Of a DNA stretch of 64,000 nucleotides, positions 55,051 to 64,000 are shown piece by piece. Where the stretch lies: the IMG/VR virus record IMGVR_UViG_3300029787_000005, positions 1-64,000 of that record, one strand, 5' to 3'. The notes beneath the pieces are model-generated. The model was given only the letters and a program-made list of their open reading frames with translations, ran no database searches and was not told where the DNA came from. Numbering within the stretch: position 1 is the stretch's first letter; each line of letters starts with the position of its first letter. A program made the translations under genes and the position numbers. This stretch comes from a virus.

Positions 55051-56341
55051 TTTAGATATAACACAATTTACAACTGCACTACAGAATAGTGGTATTGATA
55101 CTAAGCTAATATCTATCACTGAACAAGTTGCTACAGAACTGAGTACTATCCTCGATACGGATATTGCAGCTAGTACTCCAAGTAGTCTTAAATCAATACT
55201 ACAAGCATCAACTGATGCTATTGCTGATGTAACTAACACATTGCATGAAGCTACTGAAGCATTGAAACCAGACCTAACAAGCCTACAAGAAGAGATGGGT
55301 AAAGTACTATCTGGTAGTGTTCCTCCAAACAGTCTTCAAGGATTGCTTGATAGCGTAGCAAATGATATAGCAATACCTTCTATTGAATCATTACAAGACA
55401 GTTTAGGTAGTGCTATCAACGCTCCACAGTTAACAGGACTTGAAGCATTTGCAAATGAAATACAAGGAACAGTTGCTGGTAGTGAATGGACAGATCCTAC
55501 CGGTGCATTAAGAAGAAGGTTTACAGAAACAACAGAAGCTGCTTCTGCTACTGCATTTGATCCTGGTACATTGATACCCAACTTTAAGTTCAAGACAGAG
55601 CCTACCTTTGATGAGGATGGTGTTCAAAATGGTGAAAGGCTAGTAGCATTCAAATTTGGTAATGCTGCTGTGCAACCTATTAAAGATGCATTGTCTGAAG
55701 TTATTCCAGAGCCTTATGAAGTAGAAGCAATGGCTGCTACAATAAAGAATGAGTTGTTAGAAGATAAAGGAGTATCTATAGCTACCCTAGGTCCTGTTAT
55801 AAATAAATTTAAGGAAAGGCTTGCAACTGAAGTTAAGTTTGATCCTTCTACTGGAGAGAACTTTGTCTTTCAAAAAACTATTGATGAAGATGGAGCTGAG
55901 ATATTGATACCATTTGGCTTTGCTTCAAAAGAAGATTGGGAAGAGTCATTTAAGCAAGGTCGTGCTGCAGCACAAGGTATGATGCAAGTTAATGCTGGAG
56001 CATTGAAGAAGTTCATTGGTGAAAATACTGAAGTTGCACAAGATACATTTAAAAGATTAAGTGAGATTGATATTACAATACCAACCTCAGAAAATATATC
56101 TGAAGGTGCAATTAATGAATTTGCTAAAGATCCAACTACAGGTCTTGCAGTAAATTTTGATAATATAATGAATGCTTTTGGTCCAACTATTGAGTCAGCT
56201 AAGAAAGCTGCTCCTGGAGTGGAAGCTAACTTAAAAGAATTAGATAGTAACTTTAAAAACTTTTTTACTCAATTGGGTAAAGAATTACCACCAGGGCAAA
56301 AACCAGAGCCTTTTGTTGATCCTGAGGAGGGCGCAGAGTGA
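55043..56341 (+). CDS. hypothetical (probable virion) protein
   Basis: 432-aa acidic helical ORF between gp5 and gp25. Confidence 0.7.
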   Translation: MNNLDITQFTTALQNSGIDTKLISITEQVATELSTILDTDIAASTPSSLKSILQASTDAIADVTNTLHEATEALKPDLTSLQEEMGKVLSGSVPPNSLQGLLDSVANDIAIPSIESLQDSLGSAINAPQLTGLEAFANEIQGTVAGSEWTDPTGALRRRFTETTEAASATAFDPGTLIPNFKFKTEPTFDEDGVQNGERLVAFKFGNAAVQPIKDALSEVIPEPYEVEAMAATIKNELLEDKGVSIATLGPVINKFKERLATEVKFDPSTGENFVFQKTIDEDGAEILIPFGFASKEDWEESFKQGRAAAQGMMQVNAGALKKFIGENTEVAQDTFKRLSEIDITIPTSENISEGAINEFAKDPTTGLAVNFDNIMNAFGPTIESAKKAAPGVEANLKELDSNFKNFFTQLGKELPPGQKPEPFVDPEEGAE

Positions 56342-56760
56342 GTAAAGTAGCAGTAGTAACACAAAATAGAGCTGCAACAACTACTGTATATTCAGACTTT
56401 TTTACTGACTTTACAAGGAATGCTGTCACAGGTCAATTGAATAAAAAAACTAATGCTGAAGCAGTAAAGCAATCTGTAAGAAATTTATTGTTGACAGATA
56501 AACTTGAAAGAGTTTTTCAACCTAATGTTGGTGGTGGTTTGAAAGCATTATTGTTTGAAAATGCTACACCATTCACACAAATGCAAGTACAAGCATATAT
56601 TAATGAAACAATAACAAACTTTGAGCCAAGAGCTGAGTTAATATCAACAGAGCTTGAGTTTATCAACGATAAACATGAAGCTAGAATAACAATTACTTTT
56701 GCTATTATAAATATTGAAGACCCAGTTACTTTTACTTTAGGCCTAGAAAGGACTAGATAA
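56338..56760 (+). CDS. baseplate wedge subunit gp25
   Basis: YSD, AVKQSVRNL..T...ER.F.P..G..L..LLFE, I.NFEPR. Confidence 0.92.
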   Translation: MSKVAVVTQNRAATTTVYSDFFTDFTRNAVTGQLNKKTNAEAVKQSVRNLLLTDKLERVFQPNVGGGLKALLFENATPFTQMQVQAYINETITNFEPRAELISTELEFINDKHEARITITFAIINIEDPVTFTLGLERTR

Positions 56761-58577
56761 TGGCTACGACCAATACAGAATTCTCGGTCGCCAATTTGGA
56801 CTTTAGCACAATTAAGTCTAACCTAATCACGTTCATGCAAGGCCAAGATGTTTTTGCTGATTATGACTTCACAGGTTCAAACTTAAATGTATTGATGGAT
56901 CTGTTAGCATACAACACATACTATAATGGAATCTATCTTAATCACGTTGCAACAGAGATGTTTCTTGATAGTGCACAGTTGAGAGACAGTGTTTATTCTA
57001 TATCTAAATCATTAAACTATCTTCCAAGATCCCATAGATCATCTGTTGCATATGTTAACATTAATGTCAACCCATCAAGCAATCCACATCAGATTACTAT
57101 TCCAAGACTTACAAAGCTAACATCTACTATTGGTGACAATACATATACATTCTCAACCAACTCAGATATAATTGTATATTCAAATAACAGCTATCTTGCT
57201 TCTAATGTTGCAATATATGAAGGTGATCTTGTTCAAGAGGCATTCTTAGTTACAAATACATCACCTAATACTTCTTCATTCTATATTAACAACTCAGATA
57301 TTGACTTAACTAGTCTTGCAGTTAAGATACGAACATCTAATACTGATAGTACTAATAGTGAGTACACAAGAGCAAATTCATTATTTGGATTGACAGCTAC
57401 AAGTAATGTATACTTTGTTGAACCATCAACAAATGGTAGTTATACTATTGTTCTTGGAAATGGAACATTTGGTAGACAGCCTTCTAATAATAACTTGTTG
57501 GAGATATCCTACAGAAGATCAAACGGAGAAGAACCAAATGGAGCTAATAGTTTTTCTGCTGATAGTATCGCTGGCCACAGCGCTGCTATTTCGTTGGTAA
57601 CAAGAGCAACTGGAGGTTCTGGTTCTCAAAACTTAGATGACATTAGATTTTCAGCACCAAGAGCATTAGCTGTTCAAGAGAGAGCTGTTACAAAAGAAGA
57701 TTATAAGACATTAGTTGTTAATGAGTTCAATGATATATCATCTTTGAATGTGTATGATGGTGCAGATGAACCTGTACCTCAAATGGGTGTTGTTAAGTTA
57801 GCAATACGAAGTGATTCATTTGATGTTCTTCCAACAACATTGAAGACACAGATAACTAACTTCTTGAAGGATAAGACACCTATTGGTATTAGAACAGATA
57901 TAGTTGATCCTACATTCATCAATATTGATGTACATGCAGACGTTAAGTACAATAGAAATGCAACAGACGATAACGTAGCTACTATTCAAACAGCTGTAGA
58001 AACAACAATTGATACATTCAATAGCGATAACTTAGATGACTTCTTTAAAACATTTAGAAAAAGTAAATTGATTGAAAAGATTAATGAAACCAAAACATCT
58101 ATTCTAAGTTGTGATGTTACTGTTAGAATGATGAAGCTAATCAGTCCTCAAGCAAACGTTGCGTTTGATGAAACATTAATATACAATCAACCATTCAAAA
58201 GAGACAATCCAGTGGAACCTGTTGATCAAGGTGAGTTTGTATCCTTTTCTACTCCATCTGTTGAATCTGAACCATTTGTATTCCAAAATATTACTGGTGC
58301 ATCAATAAGAGATAATGGTGCAGGAGCTTTGCAAGTTGTCACAGCTAACTTATCAAGCATAGAAGTATTGAGTTCAAATGTTGGTACTGTTGACTATGAT
58401 TTAGGACAAATTGTAGTATCTAACTTGATCATAAATTCTTATTCATCTGGTGCATCATCTGGCACATTGAAGATATTTGCAAGACCTAAAGATCAAGACA
58501 TTGAAGGAAAACGAAACGATGTGATCAGGATTAGAACAAATGAGACTAACGTGACCGTCATTGAATTAAGAGAATAG
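56760..58577 (+). CDS. baseplate wedge subunit gp6
   Basis: LDF..IK..L..F...Q..F.DYDF.GS.L..L.D.LAYNTYY, E.FLDSA.LR, Q.RAVT..DY. Confidence 0.95.
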   Translation: MATTNTEFSVANLDFSTIKSNLITFMQGQDVFADYDFTGSNLNVLMDLLAYNTYYNGIYLNHVATEMFLDSAQLRDSVYSISKSLNYLPRSHRSSVAYVNINVNPSSNPHQITIPRLTKLTSTIGDNTYTFSTNSDIIVYSNNSYLASNVAIYEGDLVQEAFLVTNTSPNTSSFYINNSDIDLTSLAVKIRTSNTDSTNSEYTRANSLFGLTATSNVYFVEPSTNGSYTIVLGNGTFGRQPSNNNLLEISYRRSNGEEPNGANSFSADSIAGHSAAISLVTRATGGSGSQNLDDIRFSAPRALAVQERAVTKEDYKTLVVNEFNDISSLNVYDGADEPVPQMGVVKLAIRSDSFDVLPTTLKTQITNFLKDKTPIGIRTDIVDPTFINIDVHADVKYNRNATDDNVATIQTAVETTIDTFNSDNLDDFFKTFRKSKLIEKINETKTSILSCDVTVRMMKLISPQANVAFDETLIYNQPFKRDNPVEPVDQGEFVSFSTPSVESEPFVFQNITGASIRDNGAGALQVVTANLSSIEVLSSNVGTVDYDLGQIVVSNLIINSYSSGASSGTLKIFARPKDQDIEGKRNDVIRIRTNETNVTVIELRE

Positions 58578-58578
58578 T

Positions 58579-61245
58579 ATGTCAGTGCTCAACACAGTTC
58601 AGGATAAGATATCTCCTCTAATACAAGAGCAGTTCCCAGACGTCTATAAAGAAGATGGGAATCTTATGACTTTGTTTGTCAAAGCATACTATGAATTCCT
58701 TGAGCAATCAGACAAACCATTAGGTCAATCAAGAGATCTTGCTTCTCAACTAGATGTTGATCAAACAACAACAGAGTTTTTGAACCACTTCAGAGAAACA
58801 TATCTGTTTAGTATTCCAATGACAATGACTGTGGATGCTCCATATGTTATTAAACATATACTTGATTTGTATAGATCAAAAGGATCTAAGAGAGCTCTTG
58901 AGTTATTTTTCAAGTTGATATATGGTAAAAATGCTGATCTTTATATTCCAAATGAACATCTAGCTAAAGCATCTGATGCCACATTTGTTACACCAAGATA
59001 TATTGAAATCTTTGCTGACTCTACAGTAATACAAGCATTCTTAGGAAACAAAATAGAAGGTCAGCTATCTGGTGCAACAGCTTTTGTTACTTCTATTGTT
59101 GATACTAGTGTACAAGGAAAAGCATTACAGATTGTTTACCTTGAGAATCTTGTTGGTGAATTCATAAGGAATGAGTTGGTTTTTGATCCAACTGGTGTGC
59201 ACTTTGCACGAACAAATGGTTCTCTTTCTGCTGTCAACATAACAGATGGTGGTAACAGTTATACTGTTGGTCAAGAACTTACAGTTAAATCACAAGCTAA
59301 CACATCTACTGTTGGTGAGATAAGAGTTACTGCAGTTGCAGATGGTACTGGTGTTCCTGAATTAGTATTACAAGTTGGTGGATCTGGTTACAGTGCTAAT
59401 GTTGCATTGTCCAATGTTATTGTAAGTAACACAATACTACAAGTAAATAACATATCCAATACCTATACAAATCCATACGGTGGTGCTAATACTACACCAG
59501 CAAACACGTTTCAGATATTTGAAAATGTATTTGCTCCAAGAGTTGAAGTAACTTATACTTCTGAAGATAATATATTTGCTTCTACAGCTAACACCTCAAG
59601 TTATGTACAAGGAATTAATTCTACAGCTGGTGTTATAGCTAATGGACATATTGCAATTAATGATGCTGCTGCTGGAGCAACTAATGGTACGTTGTTAATA
59701 TATGAAACATCTGGATCGTTTGCAGCAGACAATGGTGTTGTTAAACTAAGATTTGGTGGTGATGCTGATGTAAACTCTGACTTTGGTGCATTTACAAATG
59801 TATATTCAACAGGTAGATTCATAGGTAAAAGAGCAAACAATATAGGAATAACCGACAACAATATGGTGTTTCCTGTAGAACCTCAAGGATTCATCAAAGG
59901 TGAAGTAACAAATACATATGCTGATATTGTTGCAAATAGATCAGGACTTAATGCAAATGTGTTGATCAATGCAGTTGGTAATGCTGTAGCCACAAATGTT
60001 TACACTGACATGATTGAGTTTACTAACTCTGGTAATGTACTTTCATTAGATATAATAATAAGTGGTTCAAATAGTAATGTTGCTGCTGCTGGTTATGGGT
60101 TCTCTAAAGATACATCTGCCGGTATTGATAATGTTATTGACAAAGCATTAAGATTTGAAACTAGTGAACTACTAGGTGAGGTGACATCATTTACAGTTGT
60201 TAGTAGTGGTAATTCATTTACTGCTGATCCTATAGTGATGGCTCAAAATAGATTTGTAGATAGTTTCTTTCAAAAAGACTTAGAGATAACATATCTGAAT
60301 AGAGCTGGTGACACTCCTGCTGTAGGTGATATGTATCGTCAATACTTTGCTCATGATACAAGAACATTAACATTTTCAACTAACACAGCTAATCAATTCT
60401 CTGTTGGTGAAGGTCTCAAACAAGTTATCAATAGTAGTACAAATACATTCATGCAAATAAGATCAATTACCAATACAACACATATGGTAGTTGGTGGATT
60501 GTATACATCAAATACAACAGCTGGTGCTGAGAGATTGATTGGTGATAATGCAACAATCAATGCAACTATAAACATAACTGGATTGTTATCTGGTGCAACT
60601 ATAAACACTATAACAGCATCATCTAACACTAGTGAAAACACAGTTGCTGTTGGTAAAGTATTAGAATCTAATACATCAAACAACTACTTGAAGATGAGAA
60701 TGCATTCTATTGAACATGATTTCAAAGTATCTGATGTTACCTCAGAGAGATTACAGTCAAACAATAATAACAAATCATTCCAGATCAATACTATAGATGA
60801 AGATACAAACAATTACAACAGGTTTGTTAAAGCTGGTGTCAATGCAAATACGTTTGCTAATGTTACCATTGGTCAAGGATTGATACAACAGGCAGAAGTT
60901 GTAACATCAGGTTTAGGATTCAAAGACGGGGAAATATTAGACTTTACATTAGGATCAAATGCACAAGCAGTTGTTGGAACAGCTGTTGCCAATGGCACAG
61001 GTATTGGTGTAGGGTATGTTAAGCTCGATAGTGGTGTACTTGGAGAAGAGTTTTTCCTCCATGATAACAACTTCTTCCAACAGTTCTCATACGAGGTGTT
61101 GTCTGAGTTTGAACTAAATAAGTATGAAAGAATTCTTAAAGAAGTAATCCATACAGCTGGATACAAACTATTTGGTCGGCCTGTTGTAGAGTCGTTCAAC
61201 AATACAGCAATCTCAGTTGCTAATTCAGCTGTAAGTCAGGCGTAG
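58579..61245 (+). CDS. baseplate wedge initiator gp7-like
   Basis: I..QFP......F.KAYYEFLE, Y.SKGS, C-terminal D..F.Q.FSY...H.AG...FG. Confidence 0.85.
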   Translation: MSVLNTVQDKISPLIQEQFPDVYKEDGNLMTLFVKAYYEFLEQSDKPLGQSRDLASQLDVDQTTTEFLNHFRETYLFSIPMTMTVDAPYVIKHILDLYRSKGSKRALELFFKLIYGKNADLYIPNEHLAKASDATFVTPRYIEIFADSTVIQAFLGNKIEGQLSGATAFVTSIVDTSVQGKALQIVYLENLVGEFIRNELVFDPTGVHFARTNGSLSAVNITDGGNSYTVGQELTVKSQANTSTVGEIRVTAVADGTGVPELVLQVGGSGYSANVALSNVIVSNTILQVNNISNTYTNPYGGANTTPANTFQIFENVFAPRVEVTYTSEDNIFASTANTSSYVQGINSTAGVIANGHIAINDAAAGATNGTLLIYETSGSFAADNGVVKLRFGGDADVNSDFGAFTNVYSTGRFIGKRANNIGITDNNMVFPVEPQGFIKGEVTNTYADIVANRSGLNANVLINAVGNAVATNVYTDMIEFTNSGNVLSLDIIISGSNSNVAAAGYGFSKDTSAGIDNVIDKALRFETSELLGEVTSFTVVSSGNSFTADPIVMAQNRFVDSFFQKDLEITYLNRAGDTPAVGDMYRQYFAHDTRTLTFSTNTANQFSVGEGLKQVINSSTNTFMQIRSITNTTHMVVGGLYTSNTTAGAERLIGDNATINATINITGLLSGATINTITASSNTSENTVAVGKVLESNTSNNYLKMRMHSIEHDFKVSDVTSERLQSNNNNKSFQINTIDEDTNNYNRFVKAGVNANTFANVTIGQGLIQQAEVVTSGLGFKDGEILDFTLGSNAQAVVGTAVANGTGIGVGYVKLDSGVLGEEFFLHDNNFFQQFSYEVLSEFELNKYERILKEVIHTAGYKLFGRPVVESFNNTAISVANSAVSQA

Positions 61246-61248
61246 GGT

Positions 61249-63018
61249 ATGACAGAAAGAGTATACAAAGAGTTTAATGTTCATAGTGCAGAGCAGCTTA
61301 CTGAGTCTATAACAGAAGCCTCTAACACAATGTACTATGTGTTTAGTACAAAGCATACTGCATATAGTGAAAGTAGTACACCAACTCCTAATGCATCTAT
61401 TGCTAACTCATTATTCCAAACATATGATGAAATGTTATTTGGTAAACTTGTTACATCTAATGACATATCACAAGCAATATACAATAATGCATGGTCAAAT
61501 GGTACAATATACTACGCATATGATGATCAAGATGCAACATTAAACGATAAAGTTTATTATGTATCAACATCAGAAGGATCTGATTATCACGTATGGAAAT
61601 GTATAGATAACAATGGAAATAGTGTTTCAAACTCACAACCATTGTTTTCTGATGTTTCGTCTTCATTAAGTTCATTGTATTTAAAGACTGCTACTGATGG
61701 ATATCAGTGGAGATTTATGTATACAATACCAGCTGCTACATATACTAAATTTACATCAAACAATTATATTCCTGTTGTAGCTCATGCAAATGCATCTGGT
61801 AATGCAATCAATGGTGCGTTAGATGCATTCGTTGTATCCAATAGTGGCAACAACTACAATGAGTTTGCAAATGGATCTGTAGTATTAGGTACTAATGGTA
61901 TGTTGTTTACCATTAACTCTACTTCATTTACTTTATCAGGTAACAATGATTTCTACAACAACTGTTCAATATATTTTACAGCTGGTACATCAAATGGTGA
62001 AATAAGAGAGATCACAGATTATGTTTCAAACTCTACTGGTAAGTTTGTAACGGTCAATACTGCATTTTCATCTACACCAGATAGTACTTCTAAGTTTGAA
62101 ATCACACCTACAGTTAGAATAAAAGGTGATGGTTCAAATGCAATTGCTAGAGCACTAATCAATACAAGCACAAATACAGTTGCAAACATTCAAGTATTGC
62201 AACGAGGTTCTAAGTACACGTATGCTGATGTAACTATTGAAGCAAATAATATGGCTTCAGCAAATCTTGCAGTTGTTAGAGCAGTGATAGGTCCTTTTGG
62301 TGGACACGCACATAATCCAGCATCAGAGTTGGATGGTAGATATGTTATTATATCTACAAACTTTGCTAACAATGAATCAACTAATATTCAAACAGATAAT
62401 GACTTTAGAACAATAGGTCTAATTAAAGATCCGTTCTATGCAAATACAAGAATAACAATTGATGCTCCAACAGCTAACTTCCAAGTTGATGAAACAGTAA
62501 CTGATTCTGGCACTGGAGCTACTGGTACATTAGTTGCATCTAACACTACAACAGTTAACTTAACTAATGCATCAGGTATTTTCTTATTGTCATCTAATGT
62601 CACAGGAAGTATAACAGGAGCAACTGCAAACGTAACTGCTGTAAGAGTAAATGATTCAGACTCTGGTAGAGCCAACTATCACTACTTTCAACAAACAACT
62701 AAATTTGAACACAACTTAGTATCTGGTTCTGTATTCACTGAAGATGAAGCTGTATCACAAGCTACCAGTGGAGCAAATGGAGTTGTATATCAAAGTAACA
62801 CTACACACACTTCTTTGACAACAGTCCGCGGAGACTTTGAAGCAGCCAACAGCTATATAGTTACTGGAGGTACTTCATCGCAAACAGCTAGATTCAAGTC
62901 TACAATACCTGGTGATCTTGTGAGAGGATCTGGAGAGGTATTATTTCTCAAGAATATAGAAGCTGTGTCGAGATCAAACACTTTAACCGAAACAGTCAAA
63001 CTCGTGTTAAAATTTTAG
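61249..63018 (+). CDS. baseplate wedge subunit gp8
   Basis: W..GT.Y..YD, V.KC.DN, DGY.W.FMYTI, GGH...P..EL, NDFR.IGLIKDP, SGE.L...N...R...Q/T.E..K....F. Confidence 0.9.
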   Translation: MTERVYKEFNVHSAEQLTESITEASNTMYYVFSTKHTAYSESSTPTPNASIANSLFQTYDEMLFGKLVTSNDISQAIYNNAWSNGTIYYAYDDQDATLNDKVYYVSTSEGSDYHVWKCIDNNGNSVSNSQPLFSDVSSSLSSLYLKTATDGYQWRFMYTIPAATYTKFTSNNYIPVVAHANASGNAINGALDAFVVSNSGNNYNEFANGSVVLGTNGMLFTINSTSFTLSGNNDFYNNCSIYFTAGTSNGEIREITDYVSNSTGKFVTVNTAFSSTPDSTSKFEITPTVRIKGDGSNAIARALINTSTNTVANIQVLQRGSKYTYADVTIEANNMASANLAVVRAVIGPFGGHAHNPASELDGRYVIISTNFANNESTNIQTDNDFRTIGLIKDPFYANTRITIDAPTANFQVDETVTDSGTGATGTLVASNTTTVNLTNASGIFLLSSNVTGSITGATANVTAVRVNDSDSGRANYHYFQQTTKFEHNLVSGSVFTEDEAVSQATSGANGVVYQSNTTHTSLTTVRGDFEAANSYIVTGGTSSQTARFKSTIPGDLVRGSGEVLFLKNIEAVSRSNTLTETVKLVLKF

Positions 63019-63027
63019 AGGAACGAG

Positions 63028-64000
63028 ATGTCTAAAACCCTTGATACTAACTTAAACGTAAGTCCGTACTTTGACGACTACGATGTTGATTCACAACATC
63101 ACAGAGTATTGTTCAAACCTTCTGTTCCTATTCAGGCAAGAGAGTTAACACAACTTCAAAGTATACTACAGAACCAAATTGAAAAGTTTGGTGATGTTGT
63201 TGTTAAAGAAGGATCAATTGTTGAGGGTTGTTCCTTTAACATAAAAAACACAGAATATGTAAAACTACTTGATAGAGACACCGGCGCAGCATTGTATACT
63301 GTTTCTGAATTTGCTAATGGTTTCTTACAACACGAATCATCTAACTTAATTATGCAAACTATTGATTCATCAGCTGGTTTTGAAATAACAAACCCTGATT
63401 TGAATACATTGTACGGTAAATATGTCAATAGTGGTAACTCTAGTGGTACAGATAAACTTAGGTTTGTTGCTGGTGAAACATTAAAGTTCTATCCAGCTAA
63501 TGGACAGATATCAAATACATTTACTATCAATGACGGTGGATCGGCTTTTACTAATGGTGACACTCTTATCTTTACAGCTACTCGTGGTATTAACGCTAGT
63601 GCTAATGTAACAACAAACAGCACTGGTGGCATTACAGCAGTATCATTAATTAAAGCAGGACAAGATTTCAAAATCAATGATGTACCTGTCATTACATTCA
63701 GCACAGCTGGCGGTACTGGTGCTAATGTTACTTGTACAATTAACTCAACAGCTTCGTTTGAGATTGCTGGATTGGGATTTACAGTATCTGGTAACACAGA
63801 GTTTGATCCAGTTGGACAAACAAAACGTGTTAATGTCTCTGATGGTACGATATATCAAAAAGGTCATTTTGTTGAGGTAGACCAACAAGGTGTCAATGTA
63901 CTAAGATACAATTCAAATCCAAACAATATGTCAGTTGGATTCATTACTGCTGAAACTATTGTAAACAGTTCATCAAACACATCACTATTAGACAACTCTT
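63028..64000 (+). CDS. VrlC/DUF4815-like large virion structural protein (truncated by window end)
   Basis: NLNVSPYFDDY....HRVLFKP..P.QARELTQLQSILQNQIE.FG; open to the end of the window. Confidence 0.88.
   Translation, partial: MSKTLDTNLNVSPYFDDYDVDSQHHRVLFKPSVPIQARELTQLQSILQNQIEKFGDVVVKEGSIVEGCSFNIKNTEYVKLLDRDTGAALYTVSEFANGFLQHESSNLIMQTIDSSAGFEITNPDLNTLYGKYVNSGNSSGTDKLRFVAGETLKFYPANGQISNTFTINDGGSAFTNGDTLIFTATRGINASANVTTNSTGGITAVSLIKAGQDFKINDVPVITFSTAGGTGANVTCTINSTASFEIAGLGFTVSGNTEFDPVGQTKRVNVSDGTIYQKGHFVEVDQQGVNVLRYNSNPNNMSVGFITAETIVNSSSNTSLLDNS

Noticed and set aside
1-64000. Alternative genetic code, selenocysteine or stop read-through
   Set aside because: Known genes are full length under the standard code and TAA, TAG and TGA all act as stops; no split conserved gene seen

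Overview
This window is a gene-dense, AT-rich segment of a large T4-like (Tevenvirinae/Kyanoviridae-like) myovirus genome, most likely marine and infecting an alphaproteobacterium. The host inference rests on a permuted two-piece tmRNA with an ANDN...ALAA tag. Positions 1-12.5 kb hold small early genes behind sigma70-like GTTGAC-N17-TATAAT/TATACT promoters. They include a GIY-YIG nuclease, SufT, a MazG-like protein, Fe(II) oxygenases, a GH113, a ligase-like protein and a DenV-like glycosylase. Positions ~12.5-31 kb form an unusual ~18 kb co-directional biosynthetic-type cluster. It contains an ATP-grasp-like protein, a B12 radical SAM, an EctD/PhyH dioxygenase, a glutamine (glnA-type) riboswitch, two PP-loop ATPases (one QueC-like) and a carbamoyltransferase. 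These are followed by seven tandem radical SAM genes, an SGNH-like protein, glutaredoxin, a GT4 and a GNAT. Positions 31-45 kb contain an exonuclease, PhoH, RNase H, an envelope-protein cassette, DUF932, tmRNA, IscA, three glycosyltransferase-like genes, a SleB hydrolase, gp33, gp59 and gp32. Positions 45-64 kb are the T4-like baseplate/tail module (gp51, gp26, gp54, gp2, gp4, gp48, gp53, gp27-like, gp5, gp25, gp6, gp7, gp8, VrlC-like). All calls come from motif recognition by eye; no searches were run.
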